Assembly: GCA_964468345.1 (NCBI GenBank)
Contig: CAYXVZ010000024.1
Coordinates: 2,632 to 66,631 of the forward strand
Length of the DNA: 64,000 nucleotides
DNA from: an uncultured Heliobacteriaceae bacterium
Lineage (GTDB): Bacteria; Acidobacteriota; Blastocatellia; RBC074
Reading direction: 5' to 3'
Below are positions 40,101 through 50,118 of this stretch, in pieces; within the stretch, counting starts at the first letter, position 1; each line of letters begins with the position of its first letter. Below the pieces are notes generated by a model that worked only from the letters and a program-made list of their open reading frames with translations, was not told the DNA's origin and ran no database searches. A program made the position numbers and the translations under genes.

Positions 40101-40901
40101 GTCGGTCACTCGATCTATCACTCGTTCCAGACCGATGTTCGCGGGCGGATGTCGCGGCGCGCGATCTGGAATCTGGCCTATACCTTCAGCAAGTCGCTCG
40201 ACAATATTTCTTCCGATACCGATCAGGCGCAGCACGACAACACGCGACTGTTTTTGAACCGTGGTCGCTCGAACTTCGATCGTCCGCACCGGCTGAATGC
40301 ATCCTTTGTATTCGATCTGCCGGGCACGAAAGGCGCGCAGAAAATTTTGAACGGGTTGACCAACGGGTGGCGCTTCAGCGGCCTGCTGACGATGCAGTCC
40401 GGTTCGCCCTTCACGGTGCTGGGCGCGGCGGCGCGCAATGCCTATCAGTTCCAGGTGGCCAGCGTTCGCCCCAGCCTCGCGCCGGGCCGCACGCTGGATT
40501 CAGCCGTCAAGAGCGGGCGCATTCAAGACCGGCTCGGCTTCGGCACGAACGACCAGTTCTTCGATCCGACCGCTTTCATCAACTCGGAAGATCAATGGGG
40601 CAATGCGGGGCGCAATACGCTGCGCGGTCCCCGGCAGACGCAGATGGACATTTCGGTCGCCAAGACGACGAAGCTGCGCGAATCGCTGGGCCTCGAATTC
40701 CGCTGGGAGATGTTCAACTTCACGAACACGCCCATCTTCGGGAATCCCTCTTCAACGCTGGCCGGCGGGGGCGCCTGCATTCCCTCGCCGTCGCGGCAGT
40801 GCGATCCGACGAACACGACGGCCATCGGCACCATCGGCCGCATCACCTCCACCGTCGGCGGACCCCGCACGATGCAGGGCTCGCTGCGGTTGACGTTTTA
40901 A
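37125..40901 (+). CDS. TonB-dependent receptor-like outer membrane protein (1258 aa) with a CarboxypepD_reg-like N-terminal domain
   Basis: Signal peptide. VIEGTVEDANGGKLPNAVVKAFNENNGTSLQVTTDSEGSFRFPSLPLGKYRV. C-terminal ...GSLRLTF. GAGGAGG Shine-Dalgarno. Confidence 0.85.
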   Translation: MRSAGSSFYGRSCAFFQQLLLVAFILASLCVAASAQTGLGVIEGTVEDANGGKLPNAVVKAFNENNGTSLQVTTDSEGSFRFPSLPLGKYRVEITLGGFAKKIANEVTVDPVNPAKLSVVMVPAGVAEIVNISSDGQLLQTENSTQAATLTAKELTELPTPSRNVTHLIVSEPGVSAPLPDRTGAGLNIATTPGTQAEDSVQSLNPSVNGARPTNNSLRLNGVDGTNLLNRGGGLGNNLIVPLDSLEVVTVQSALYNSPTGRNGGGNIELVTRTGTNQFHGTAAHFLQNEKFNANEFFLNRNGNGRPKFRRNETSAAFGGPILKDKLFFFANVQRTDFLSGYASNATARVGLPVGLTDVRTRESIADVANQYLRNGQADNATFAANFLTRLRAFPADQQSGLFQKFFGTTNPNTNNLVFRTLTAADIHPVAVNILNQKREGKFLIPSPTPDMRILPGNGAFGREQFLQQVIPTEVNSWAGVGSLQWTPREKDRFRLNYNQSTSNVLEAFGWADSSPSPTDGQTKGWSTSLSHQHTFGANLVNDLRIGFFDLSNNRLARNQDIKNSTLGIFNPLEALGGLAALMPTIDITTQFSSGGIGNAWDFYDRQKVYNFINTLSYVRSRHAMQFGAEYRRMNLTGEFQSRTNGDLDYDTWALFFTGHGAAGGGSDLDQGDTRRNMTAQDISWYVHDDWKVRKGLTLNLGMRYDFFGNFTDSDGRLGTFITPALSKETGLPVGYQVPENSLIFNQGFKPLDIGLYVEPGTPIDLRMINKSKTASTLFDDYNNFAPRLGFAWSPSFLPKFVLRGGYSIFYERTSASYKVDLQRAAPFFIYQNVPAPVDMANPYPRLNINPFVLPFNVAIARNANGTPRWIRGDGREFPATEPFGAKSNVYIHPKIKAPYMQQWSLNTQYEVTRGIALDLRYVGSRGVGLIGRYNVAQAIDPRVTAVNGFTDIRDRNRSTANPDGALINPDFFVPTEFLGLSRSGGFVQVANVGHSIYHSFQTDVRGRMSRRAIWNLAYTFSKSLDNISSDTDQAQHDNTRLFLNRGRSNFDRPHRLNASFVFDLPGTKGAQKILNGLTNGWRFSGLLTMQSGSPFTVLGAAARNAYQFQVASVRPSLAPGRTLDSAVKSGRIQDRLGFGTNDQFFDPTAFINSEDQWGNAGRNTLRGPRQTQMDISVAKTTKLRESLGLEFRWEMFNFTNTPIFGNPSSTLAGGGACIPSPSRQCDPTNTTAIGTIGRITSTVGGPRTMQGSLRLTF

Positions 40902-41030
40902 ATCGGGCCAAACAACTTTGGGACAACGCATTTACCACGAAGAAACGAAGGACACGAAGAAAAGCGAATGTATTGGCCATCTATTCTTCGTGCCCTTCGA
41001 TCCTTCGTGGTAAATGCTTTTGACTTTCAA
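40898..41030. repeat. MITE/REP-like repeat family A copy 6. The TBDR TAA stop lies inside the element's terminal ttTAAatc.
   Basis: ttaaatcgggccaaacaactttgggacaacgcatttaccacgaagaaacgaaggacacgaagaaaag ... cttcgtgcccttcgatccttcgtggtaaatgcttttgactttcaacg. Confidence 0.7.
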
Positions 41031-41265
41031 CGTATCGCTGGAGCGGCTGGTTTTTATACCGCAACCAACACAGAGCGATCTTTGACGCAATTGGCCGAGC
41101 TTTTGAGGAAAACTTAAGGTGAATCTCCGACAGGTCTTACATGTGCAGCGTATGATCGGTACTTAATAACCTTTATCAATCATCTCAAAAAAAATCAGGC
41201 AAAACGGTGAGAGTCATGACGGGGTTCGCGCGGACTTTCATCGGCATTGTGAGGAGGGAGAGTTC

Positions 41266-44124
41266 ATGCGGGGTTTTATCAGGCTTCTGATGTTGAGCGC
41301 GCTTGTGGTTTTGATCAGCGGAACTGCAAGGGCGCAGTCGAACGCCACGGACGGCGCGCTGGATGGGTATGTGCAGGATGAACGCGGGGCGGTGATTCCG
41401 AATGCCAAGGTGGTGGCTCGCAATCTGCTGACCAACATCGAGACGGCGGCAAGCACCGATGAGCAGGGCTATTTCCGCTTTCCGCTGATCAAGGTCGGCA
41501 AATACGAAGTCGCCGCGAGCGCCGCGGGGTTCAGCGAATTCAAACAGACGGGCGTCGTCATCGAAGTCGGCCGGCAGGTGCGATTGACGCTGACGCTCAA
41601 GGCCGGCGCGGCCAGCGAGGTGGTCACCATCACCGCCGACGCGGCCGTGACCGACACAACGCAGACCGCTGTCGCCGCCGTCATCAATGAAAAAGCCATT
41701 CGCACGCTGCCGATCACGTCGCGCAATATCTATAACTACCATCTGCTCGGGCCCGGCGTGAAGGGCCTGCCCAGCACCGGTTTCGGCACGACGCAGTTTC
41801 TGTTCGGCGGCACGAATCGAAGCACCTGGACGGTCGACGGCCTCGACAATACGCAGCGCCGCTTCAATCGGCAGATTCGTCTGGTCATCAACACGCCGGA
41901 AGCCGTCGAACAAACGCAGGTGGTGTCGAGCACCTATTCGGCGGAGTTCGGCCGCGCCGCGGGAGGCCAGATCAACGTCGTGACCCGCTCGGGCACCAAT
42001 CAGTTTCACGGTTCGGCGCTGGGGCTGTACCGGCCCAACGATCTTTCCGCGCGCCCGGGGCTCAACCGCACGCGTCCCGAGGCGACCTGGTACGACTGGG
42101 CTTTCACCTTCGGCGGGCCGATCGTCAAGGACCGGCTGTTTTTCTTCGGGCAATATGAATACAACCCGCTGACTCAGCCGATTCCCGTGACGATCACGGC
42201 GGCGAATGCAGCGGCGTTGAATTTGCCGGCCGCGGAACTGGCCGATGTGCCATTCGGCGAAACCTTTCACACGATCATGGGCAAGGTGAATTTCCTGCTC
42301 AATGCCAAGAACTCGGGCTTTGTGCGCTACAGTCGGTTTACGAACGATCAGCCGAACGGCGGCGGCGGGCTTTCGACAGTAAATCGCGGCGTGGATTTCA
42401 AAGACCGGATGAACGGCGGCGCGGTGCAACTGGCCTCGACGCTGACGCCATCGCTGTCGAATGAATTCCGATTCGGCATCAATCGCCGATTCGAGTTGCG
42501 CAATGCGGTCGGTCAGTTCACAGGAACCAACCCGGCTGTCAACATCACGGGCGTCGCCAATTTCGGCGTCAATCCCTTCGCCGGTTCGAACAGCGTCGAA
42601 ACCAGCACGCAGTTCATCGACAATCTAACCTGGACCCGCGGCCGCCACACGATCAAGGGCGGCGTGGATTTTCAAACGACCGGTTATTCGCTGCTGGCCG
42701 CGACGAACCAGCAGTTTTTGTTTCAGGGACTGCCCGCGGTGACAGGAGTGCGCCCGGCGGTGTCGGCGCTGCAGCAATATCTCAACACGATCAACAATGT
42801 GATCGATCCGGCGACGAACCGGGCCTTCACTTACACGCAATTGCAGCAGGATTTCGGCGACCGCAATATCGCGCTGCGATACAATTTCGTGAACTTCTTT
42901 CTGCAGGACGAATACCGGATTCGCAAAAATCTGTCGTTGAGTTTCGGGGCGCGGTATGAATTGATTCTCAATCCGCCGCTCGACGAACAGGCGCCCTTCG
43001 AACTCTCGCGCAAGGTCACGAATGACTTGAACAACATCGCGCCGCGCGTCGGCCTGACGTGGTCGCCGAACGACAAGACCAGCGTGCGCGCGGGCTATGG
43101 CATGTTCTACGACACGCCGAGCCTGGGATTGCCGCTGACGGCCGCGCAGAACAATGGCCGCCGGATTCTCAATCTGACGGTCACGGGCACCGATTCCCGC
43201 GCGCCGCGCTTCCCGAACGTGCTCTCGGCGTCGGATCCTTCGCTGGCCGTGCGGCCGAACATCACGGCCTTTGCGCCGGATTACGAGGTGATGCTGGCGC
43301 ATCAGGCGACACTGCAAATCACGCGCGAACTGGCGCGCGATCTGGCGGTCAATCTGCTGTATTCCTACAATGGAACCCGCTTCGGGGCATACACGCGCGA
43401 TATCAATCTGGGCACCCGGACGGGAACGCTGGCCGACGGCCGTCCGGTTTTCGCGGGCACGACCGGCCGGCCGGATGCGCGCTTCCGCCAGATTAACCTG
43501 ATCGAATCGGGCAGCAACAGCAATTACCACGCGCTGGATGTCAGTGTGAACAAACGCTTCACGAAATCGCTGCAGTTCGGCTTCAATTATTCCTGGTCGC
43601 ATGCGCTGGCCGATAACGAACAGGAAGGCGGGGCCTTGATGGACCCGACCGATCGCCGCCGCGATTACGGCTCGCGCAACAGCGATCTGCGGCATTCGTT
43701 TACGCTGCAGGGATTGTATGCGCCACGTTTTTCGGCGAATGCGCTGCGCTGGATCAATGGGTTCGAATTCTCCACGATGACGTTTTACAACAGCGGCTTT
43801 CCGGTCACGGCGCAGGCCGGCGCGGACCTCAACGGCGATCTGGTGCTCAATGACCGGCCGCTGTTCCGCGGCCGCAATGATGTCGACGGACCGGATTATT
43901 TTCAGCTCGACTTCCGCCTGACGCGCCGCATTGTCTTTCGCGACCGGTACAACGTCGAGTTCATTGCGGAGGCTGAAAACCTGACCAATCGCTTCAATGC
44001 CAATTGCAGCATTGCGGGCTGCACGGGCGCGGTCGTCAACATCGCGACGGCGGCCGATTTCGGCCGCATCACCAGCGTCCGCGCGCCGCGTCGGTTCCAG
44101 TTCGGCGCGCGCTTTACGTTCTGA
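41266..44124 (+). CDS. TonB-dependent receptor-like outer membrane protein (952 aa) with a CarboxypepD_reg-like N-terminal domain
   Basis: Signal peptide MRGFIRLLMLSALVVLISGTARA. GYVQDERGAVIPNAKVVARNLLTNIETAASTDEQGYFRFPLIKVGKYEV. C-terminal ...QFGARFTF. GAGGAGGG Shine-Dalgarno. Confidence 0.85.
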   Translation: MRGFIRLLMLSALVVLISGTARAQSNATDGALDGYVQDERGAVIPNAKVVARNLLTNIETAASTDEQGYFRFPLIKVGKYEVAASAAGFSEFKQTGVVIEVGRQVRLTLTLKAGAASEVVTITADAAVTDTTQTAVAAVINEKAIRTLPITSRNIYNYHLLGPGVKGLPSTGFGTTQFLFGGTNRSTWTVDGLDNTQRRFNRQIRLVINTPEAVEQTQVVSSTYSAEFGRAAGGQINVVTRSGTNQFHGSALGLYRPNDLSARPGLNRTRPEATWYDWAFTFGGPIVKDRLFFFGQYEYNPLTQPIPVTITAANAAALNLPAAELADVPFGETFHTIMGKVNFLLNAKNSGFVRYSRFTNDQPNGGGGLSTVNRGVDFKDRMNGGAVQLASTLTPSLSNEFRFGINRRFELRNAVGQFTGTNPAVNITGVANFGVNPFAGSNSVETSTQFIDNLTWTRGRHTIKGGVDFQTTGYSLLAATNQQFLFQGLPAVTGVRPAVSALQQYLNTINNVIDPATNRAFTYTQLQQDFGDRNIALRYNFVNFFLQDEYRIRKNLSLSFGARYELILNPPLDEQAPFELSRKVTNDLNNIAPRVGLTWSPNDKTSVRAGYGMFYDTPSLGLPLTAAQNNGRRILNLTVTGTDSRAPRFPNVLSASDPSLAVRPNITAFAPDYEVMLAHQATLQITRELARDLAVNLLYSYNGTRFGAYTRDINLGTRTGTLADGRPVFAGTTGRPDARFRQINLIESGSNSNYHALDVSVNKRFTKSLQFGFNYSWSHALADNEQEGGALMDPTDRRRDYGSRNSDLRHSFTLQGLYAPRFSANALRWINGFEFSTMTFYNSGFPVTAQAGADLNGDLVLNDRPLFRGRNDVDGPDYFQLDFRLTRRIVFRDRYNVEFIAEAENLTNRFNANCSIAGCTGAVVNIATAADFGRITSVRAPRRFQFGARFTF

Positions 44125-44365
44125 ATCGGTTTTTCACTTGTGTGTAGAGAATTTTCAGACGGCGGACAGGAATATAAACGACAAGAAAATAAAAGCAGCA
44201 TGGAGAAACATTCTCCGGTTGTTTAGATCGGATTTCATTTGCTTGTATGGATAGCCACGCAGTCACCGCCAGAGACAGAGCTATGAGAGAGCGCTTCCAG
44301 AGCGTCCTTTGCTCGTCTCCGTGTCTGCGGTGCCTTCGTGGCAAAATCCAGGCAAACCAAGGATT

Positions 44366-45355
44366 ATGTTTTATCGGAACTTCGTTTATGCGCTGATTCT
44401 CGTCATGCTGATGCCCGTCTTGAGCTTTGGCTGGGGGGCGCGGGGGCATCGGGAGATCAATGCGGCGGCGGTCCGGACGCTGCCGGCGGGCGAGCTGGAT
44501 TTTCTCAAAAGCCACGAGCCCTGGATAATGTATCTCTCGATCATTCCGGACACGTATCGCGGCGTGAGCGAGCCTTTCCTGAAGATTTTCGAAGATCCCA
44601 ACCACGGCTGGTTCATCGAGCAATCGGCCGGGTTGATGAAAAATCCGCCGCGCTCGCGATATGAATTTATTCTTGCGCTCTATCAGGAGCACTTGCGCAG
44701 CAAGGACAAGCTGACGAATGTCCGCTGGACCGGCACGCTGCCCTTTGCCGCCATCGAGCATTACGAACGAATTCAAACCGCGATGCGGCGGCTGCGCGCG
44801 GCGCGCAAGCAAAACGCCGATGAGGTCAGATTTATTGAACAGGAGATCGCGACCTATATCGGTCTGCTCGGGCATTACATCGGCGATGGCGCGATGCCGC
44901 TGCATGATTCGATCCATCACGACGGCTGGCAGGGAGACAATCCGAAAAACTTCACGCGCGATCCGATGATTCACGGGCGAATGGAATCGCGCTTCGTCGA
45001 TCTGATTCAGACGAAGGCGGCGGATTTCATACCGCGCATCGGCGCGGCGAAGGTCTATGACGATCCTTTCACTGCGATCGTGCAGCATCTGCTCGATTCC
45101 GCCAAACTGACTGAAAGGGTCTATGAGATCGATCAGAAAGATCAATGGGCCGATGCGAAAAACGAAGATGCCCGCAAGCTCGTGCATCAGCAACTGGCCG
45201 CGGCCGCCGAAGTCATGCGCAATCTGATCGTCACGGCCTGGGCGCGCAGCGAACAGCCGGTCAGATTCGATCGCGCGAACAATCCGATCAGCCCTTCGCA
45301 TCCGCAATACAATCCGGCGACCGGCTCCGCGCCCGCGCAGAAACAGAACGACTGA
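44366..45355 (+). CDS. Secreted S1/P1-family zinc nuclease
   Basis: The signal peptide ends ...VLSFG. The mature N-terminus is WGARGHREINAAAV; the WGxxGH N-terminal Trp zinc ligand is the S1/P1 hallmark. Later His/Asp-rich zinc sites (LGHYIGDGAMPLHDSIHHDGW). Start at ATG 44366. Confidence 0.78.
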   Translation: MFYRNFVYALILVMLMPVLSFGWGARGHREINAAAVRTLPAGELDFLKSHEPWIMYLSIIPDTYRGVSEPFLKIFEDPNHGWFIEQSAGLMKNPPRSRYEFILALYQEHLRSKDKLTNVRWTGTLPFAAIEHYERIQTAMRRLRAARKQNADEVRFIEQEIATYIGLLGHYIGDGAMPLHDSIHHDGWQGDNPKNFTRDPMIHGRMESRFVDLIQTKAADFIPRIGAAKVYDDPFTAIVQHLLDSAKLTERVYEIDQKDQWADAKNEDARKLVHQQLAAAAEVMRNLIVTAWARSEQPVRFDRANNPISPSHPQYNPATGSAPAQKQND

Positions 45356-45397
45356 GCCGGCCGGCAGGCGGGCCGCATTTGCGCTTGCACATTCAGG

Positions 45398-46708
45398 ATG
45401 TCGAAACCGAAAGAGAGGCGCACGCAATTGAAACGCAAAGACGCCATTTTATTGTTTCCTTGCCTGCTGGTGTTGTTTGTGTTTTCCCGGCCGGCGGCAT
45501 CGCAAAAGGCCGGGCCCGCAGAGGCAAAGCGCGCGCCGCTGGCGCTGCGCGCGCCGGTGCAGGACAAGAATTTCTATCTGCTCTCGCTGTTCGAATCGAT
45601 GCCGGAGGTGAGGCAGCTATTGAAAGAGAACTCCGCATTGAAAGAACTTGCCGTCGTGAAACGCGAAAAGCTGCGGAAGGCCGCGGCATCCTGCGGCACA
45701 GAGATCCCGTGTCATATGGACGCGATGCGCTGGGCGGAGGCCGATGTCCAGCGCGTCATGGCGACCCTGCGCGAATTGCATCAGCAGAGTGCGCCGCTGC
45801 GCCGCATGGTCGAAGGATCGATGCGCGAATCCGAAATGTTTCAGCGCTATCATGCCGAATCCGGCGAAGAGATGCTGGCGCATGCCTGGCGGGATGCGGC
45901 CGCGAGCCTCAACAACCTGAGCGATGTCTATGCCGGCGGCAAAGCGCCGCGCTATCCGGCAATCGATGCCGCGATGTTCGATGTCAAATCCGACAATTAC
46001 AAACGGCTGGTCAACATCACGGTCCATGTTCTCAGCGACGGCGCCGGCGATATGGAACTGTTCTTTCAACCCGCGCTTCGCTTCGGCCTCTCCCTGCTCG
46101 AAATCAACCGGCGCGATGAAGCCGGGCGGATGGAGCCCTTGCAGGCGGGCGAAAATCAGGCGGCCTTTCGCCGCGCACAGACGATTCGCTGGAAGGACTA
46201 TCCTTATTCCGCGATCATTGTGCCCGGCTCGGGCACCGATCGCGCGGAGGTGAACCTCTCGCCCTGGGGCAAGATGCGATTGCGCCTGGCCGTCAAGCGC
46301 TACCAGGAAAAGAAAGCGCCGTTCCTGCTGGTTTCGGGCGGATACGTTCATCCCAATCAGACGCCGCATTGCGAAGCTCTCGAAATGAAAAGGTCCCTGA
46401 TGGCCGATTTCGGCATTCCGGCCGAGGCGATTCTGATCGATCCGCATGCGCGCCATACGACGACGAATCTTCGCAATGCCGCGCGCATGCTCTATCGATA
46501 CGGCGTTCCGTTCGACAAACCCGCGCTGGTCACGACCGACAATTATCAAAGCTCGTATATCGAAAGCGCCGTTTTCACCACGCGCTGCGATCGCGAACTC
46601 GGCTATCAACCGCACAAGATTCTCAAACGCATTTCGCCGTTCGATCTGGAATGCCTGCTGCAAATCGATTCGCTGCACGCGGATGCAATCGATCCGCTGG
46701 ACCCTTGA
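45398..46708 (+). CDS. DUF218 (YdcF/ElyC/SanA-like) domain protein with an N-terminal signal/anchor and a coiled region
   Basis: C-terminal region AIIVPGSG...FLLVSGGYVHPN...DPHARHTTTNLRNAA matches the DUF218 pattern (GG...H..T.eNa). Confidence 0.5.
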   Translation: MSKPKERRTQLKRKDAILLFPCLLVLFVFSRPAASQKAGPAEAKRAPLALRAPVQDKNFYLLSLFESMPEVRQLLKENSALKELAVVKREKLRKAAASCGTEIPCHMDAMRWAEADVQRVMATLRELHQQSAPLRRMVEGSMRESEMFQRYHAESGEEMLAHAWRDAAASLNNLSDVYAGGKAPRYPAIDAAMFDVKSDNYKRLVNITVHVLSDGAGDMELFFQPALRFGLSLLEINRRDEAGRMEPLQAGENQAAFRRAQTIRWKDYPYSAIIVPGSGTDRAEVNLSPWGKMRLRLAVKRYQEKKAPFLLVSGGYVHPNQTPHCEALEMKRSLMADFGIPAEAILIDPHARHTTTNLRNAARMLYRYGVPFDKPALVTTDNYQSSYIESAVFTTRCDRELGYQPHKILKRISPFDLECLLQIDSLHADAIDPLDP

Positions 46709-46873
46709 CTGAAAAACTGCTGACGGGAGCCAATCTCCCACGACGTCACACGAAGGGACACAAAGAAGGGAATTATTTAGAAAGCTTGTCAATGACTCCT
46801 CTTAGTATTCTTTCGTCTGCTTACGTAGGAGAGTGATTTTCCGGATGCAGGCTTCTACTCCGAATAGATCACC

Positions 46874-49540
46874 ATGAAAACATTGAGTGCCGTTCTCATC
46901 GCTATCGTGTTTGCGCTGCCCTCGCTGGCGCAGACGGTCGAAAAACCTTCCCGTTCCGTGACCGATCCGGGCGTTGTCACGACGCGGCAGAACATCACGC
47001 CGGCGGGCGTGCCGACGGTCTTTGATGGGCGCGTGTACGGCGTCAGCTTCGGCGAGAAGTCGAACGAAATTTACGCGTTGACCGCGCGAGGCCGCGCGAG
47101 CGGAACGCAGGTCTACAAACTCGATTGGCAGGGAAACAGGATTCTCAATCGGCAGACCCTGAAGGAAAGTCCCGGCCTGCAAGGGCTGTTGTTCGATCCC
47201 GTCACGAAACATGTGTTGATCAGCGCTTCGCTCGGCGAACGCGAAACGGCCGACCCCAAGGGGCTGCGCCGATCGCCGAATGTGCATCCGGACGGCAAAG
47301 AATCTTTTCTGGAATTATCCGGCGGCGCGCGCCTGTTGACGATGAGCGACGGCAATGTGCGCGGCATTCTCGAAGGCATCGGCAATTTCATCACCGGCGC
47401 GCCCGCGGTCGCGGCGAAAAATAATGCCAGAGGGCAGCGCCTCGCGATCGTGCCATTGATTTACAACAATCAGCTGGCCGTCATCGACCTCAACGGCCCG
47501 GGGCTGATCGGCCGGCCCGCGGTCGGCATCGCGCCGTTCGGCGCGGCGATCAATGCCGACGGCAGCGTGGCGTATGTGACGAACTGGGGCGGCCGGTTGC
47601 CCAAACCAGGCGATTTGACGGCGCCGACGGGCCTCGATCCGAAAGCCGATCAGGTCGTGGTGGATGAACGCGGCATCGCCTCGACCGGCACGGTCACGCG
47701 CATCGACCTCGCCACGATGAAGCCCACGCACACCATCGCTGTCGAATTGCACCCGACAGGCATCGTCTGGGATGAAGAGCGCCAGCGCCTGTATGTCGCC
47801 AACGGCAACAAGGACTCGGTGTCGGTGATCGATACGGCAAAGCAGACGGTGCTGCGAACGATCTCGCTGCGCCCAGCGGGCTTGAAGCTCACCGGCGTCG
47901 CGCCGACGGCGCTCGCCGTCTCCGCGGATGGTTCGACGCTCTATGCTGCATGCGGCGGATTGAATGCCGTTGCGGTGGTGAACGCAAATGACGGCGCGAT
48001 CGCGGGCTGGATTCCGAGCGGCTGGTATCCATCCTCGCTGTCCCTAAGCCCCGATGGCAAGCACCTCGCAATCGGCGCGCTGCTCGGCGCGGGATCGAGC
48101 TGGCGCGAAGAGCCGCGCAAACGCTTTGTGCACGCCTATCGGGGCAGCGTCAGCGTCGTCGCGCTCCCCGATCGCGCGCAGCTCAACAGCTATACGACGG
48201 CCGTGCTCGAAAATAATCACCTGACGCAGCTGACCGCGGCAGCCTCGCGGACGGCGCCGAATGCGACGCCCGCCGCCGTGCCGGCGCGCGCGGGCGATGC
48301 TTCGCTGATCGAGCACGTCGTCTATATCATCAAGGAAAACCGCACCTATGATCAGGTGTTCGGCGATATGGAGAAGGGAAATGGCGATCCGAGCCTGGTA
48401 ATGTTCGGGAACGATGTGACGCCGAATCATCACCGGCTGGCTGATCAGTTCGTGCTGCTCGACAATTTTTACGCCACAGGCGGCAACAGCGGCGACGGTC
48501 ATCAATGGGCCACGCAGGCCAATGAAACCGCGTATTGCATGTGGCCGGGCTATGTGGGCCGCAGCTATCCTTTCGACGGCACCGATCCGATTGCCTATTC
48601 CGACGGCGCTTTCATCTGGGATGCGGCGCTGCGCATGAAAAAGACGGCGCGCGTCTTCGGCGAATATGCGGGGCGGTTGCCGGAAAGCGACAAGGAGCAG
48701 CGCAATAAGCTGTTCGAGCGATGGAGAAAGGGCGAAGACTTCACCAAAGATTGGAACATTACAGCGCCGATCAAGCCGCTGAATCAGATTCTGGCCAAAA
48801 ACTATCCTGCTTATACGCAGTCGATTCCCGACGTCGTTCGCGCGCAGATATTCAAAGCCGAATTGAAAGAATGGGAAAAGGCCGGGCAGATGCCGAATCT
48901 GGTCGTGCTGCAATTGCCCTCCGATCACACGCGCGGCACGACGCCCGGCGCGAATACGCCGCGCGCAATGGTCGCGGACAACGACCTCGCGCTCGGCCAG
49001 ATCGTGGAAGCCCTTTCGAAAACGCCCTTCTGGAAAAAGATGGCGATCTTCGTGGTGGAAGACGATGCGCAGAACGGCGTCGATCACGTCGACGGGCATC
49101 GAACGGTCGCGCTGGCCATCAGTCCCTACATTCGCCGGGGATCAGTCGATTCGACCTTTTATTCGAATCAGAGCATGGTCAAAACGATTGAGCTGATGCT
49201 GGGGTTGCCGACGCTGTCGCTGTTCGACCTGATTGCGAATGATATGCGGGCGAGCTTCACGAACACGCCGGATTTCACGCCTTATCAGGCCGTGGAGCCG
49301 CAACAGTCGATCTTCGAGTTGAATCCCTCGCTCAAAGCCCTGCGCGGCGCGGCCCGCCGCGATGCGATGGCTTCGATGCGAATGCGATTCGATGTGCCGG
49401 ATGCAGTGCCGACCGAAACGCTCAACCGGATTGTCTGGCGGCAGGTCAAGGGAGCAAACATCCCTTACCCGCGCGTTCGCCAGTCGGCCTTCGCTCCCCT
49501 GGCTCTTGATATCGAGGACGATGATCGCGATGAGCGATAA
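46874..49540 (+). CDS. Secreted fusion protein: an N-terminal YVTN-type beta-propeller plus a C-terminal phosphoesterase-family domain (non-haemolytic phospholipase C / acid phosphatase AcpA family)
   Basis: Signal peptide MKTLSAVLIAIVFALPSLA. Propeller repeats (LYVANGNKDSVSVIDTAKQTVLRTISL, STLYAACGGLNAVAVVN). Phosphoesterase-family core HVVYIIKENRTYDQVFGDM and later conserved blocks. Confidence 0.72.
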   Translation: MKTLSAVLIAIVFALPSLAQTVEKPSRSVTDPGVVTTRQNITPAGVPTVFDGRVYGVSFGEKSNEIYALTARGRASGTQVYKLDWQGNRILNRQTLKESPGLQGLLFDPVTKHVLISASLGERETADPKGLRRSPNVHPDGKESFLELSGGARLLTMSDGNVRGILEGIGNFITGAPAVAAKNNARGQRLAIVPLIYNNQLAVIDLNGPGLIGRPAVGIAPFGAAINADGSVAYVTNWGGRLPKPGDLTAPTGLDPKADQVVVDERGIASTGTVTRIDLATMKPTHTIAVELHPTGIVWDEERQRLYVANGNKDSVSVIDTAKQTVLRTISLRPAGLKLTGVAPTALAVSADGSTLYAACGGLNAVAVVNANDGAIAGWIPSGWYPSSLSLSPDGKHLAIGALLGAGSSWREEPRKRFVHAYRGSVSVVALPDRAQLNSYTTAVLENNHLTQLTAAASRTAPNATPAAVPARAGDASLIEHVVYIIKENRTYDQVFGDMEKGNGDPSLVMFGNDVTPNHHRLADQFVLLDNFYATGGNSGDGHQWATQANETAYCMWPGYVGRSYPFDGTDPIAYSDGAFIWDAALRMKKTARVFGEYAGRLPESDKEQRNKLFERWRKGEDFTKDWNITAPIKPLNQILAKNYPAYTQSIPDVVRAQIFKAELKEWEKAGQMPNLVVLQLPSDHTRGTTPGANTPRAMVADNDLALGQIVEALSKTPFWKKMAIFVVEDDAQNGVDHVDGHRTVALAISPYIRRGSVDSTFYSNQSMVKTIELMLGLPTLSLFDLIANDMRASFTNTPDFTPYQAVEPQQSIFELNPSLKALRGAARRDAMASMRMRFDVPDAVPTETLNRIVWRQVKGANIPYPRVRQSAFAPLALDIEDDDRDER

Positions 49541-49680
49541 CCTTATCGATCAATCCTGGCCGGGAATAGCCGCAGCGCATGGCGCGAACGGCTATGAAAG
49601 ACTTGCTTCAACGTCTTGACCTGAGTGTATCCCTCTTTCCGGAAAGTTCATGGCCGGATTTTCAGTTCAAGACTCTTGCG

Positions 49681-49722
49681 GGAGAGCCGTCGATGAGGCG
49701 GCTCTCCCTTTTTTCTTTTTGC
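49681..49722 (+). terminator. Rho-independent terminator after the beta-propeller/phosphoesterase gene
   Basis: ggagagccg-tcgatgagg-cggctctcc hairpin (9-bp stem) immediately followed by cttttttcttttt. Confidence 0.6.
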
Positions 49723-49725
49723 ATC

Positions 49726-49850
49726 GAATTCAAGAAAAAGAATTTCATCCACGAAGTCACACGGAGGCGAAAGCAAGACCGGATTCATTGGCCCTTGTGG
49801 TTTGCTTCGTGCTCCTTTGTGTGACTTCGTGAATGATCTTATTCTTTGAA
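49726..49850. repeat. Inverted-repeat element family A' (complete copy)
   Basis: Left arm gaattcaagaaaaagaatttcatccacgaagtcacac. Right arm gtgtgacttcgtgaatgatcttattctttgaa is its reverse complement. The left arm is identical to 2323..2360. Confidence 0.65.
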
Positions 49851-49926
49851 TCTGAGTATTCTGTAAACTGAGTTTTCTTGCAATTTTCCATAGCTTTCAT
49901 CGAATCAGTCTTCAAATCACATGAAA

Positions 49927-50012
49927 ATTCAACACAAAGGTTCAAAGGCTCAAAGGGACAAAGAGTCTTCTGCAAGGGGCTCTTTGTCCCTTTGAGCCTT
50001 TGAACCTTTGTC
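49927..50012. repeat. Perfect 32-bp-arm palindrome (acaaaggttcaaaggctcaaagggacaaagag / ctctttgtccctttgagcctttgaacctttgt) with a 15-nt loop
   Basis: The arms are exact reverse complements. It lies in the convergent gap between the phosphoesterase gene and phoX. Confidence 0.75.
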
Positions 50013-50118
50013 TTGAATTTTCATGGCTATTTGCCCATCCGAATAAAAAATACGCCTGGAAAAACACAAGAAAACTTTGTTTACAATGTACTGAGGCGGT
50101 CAGGAAAATGTTTCTTCC

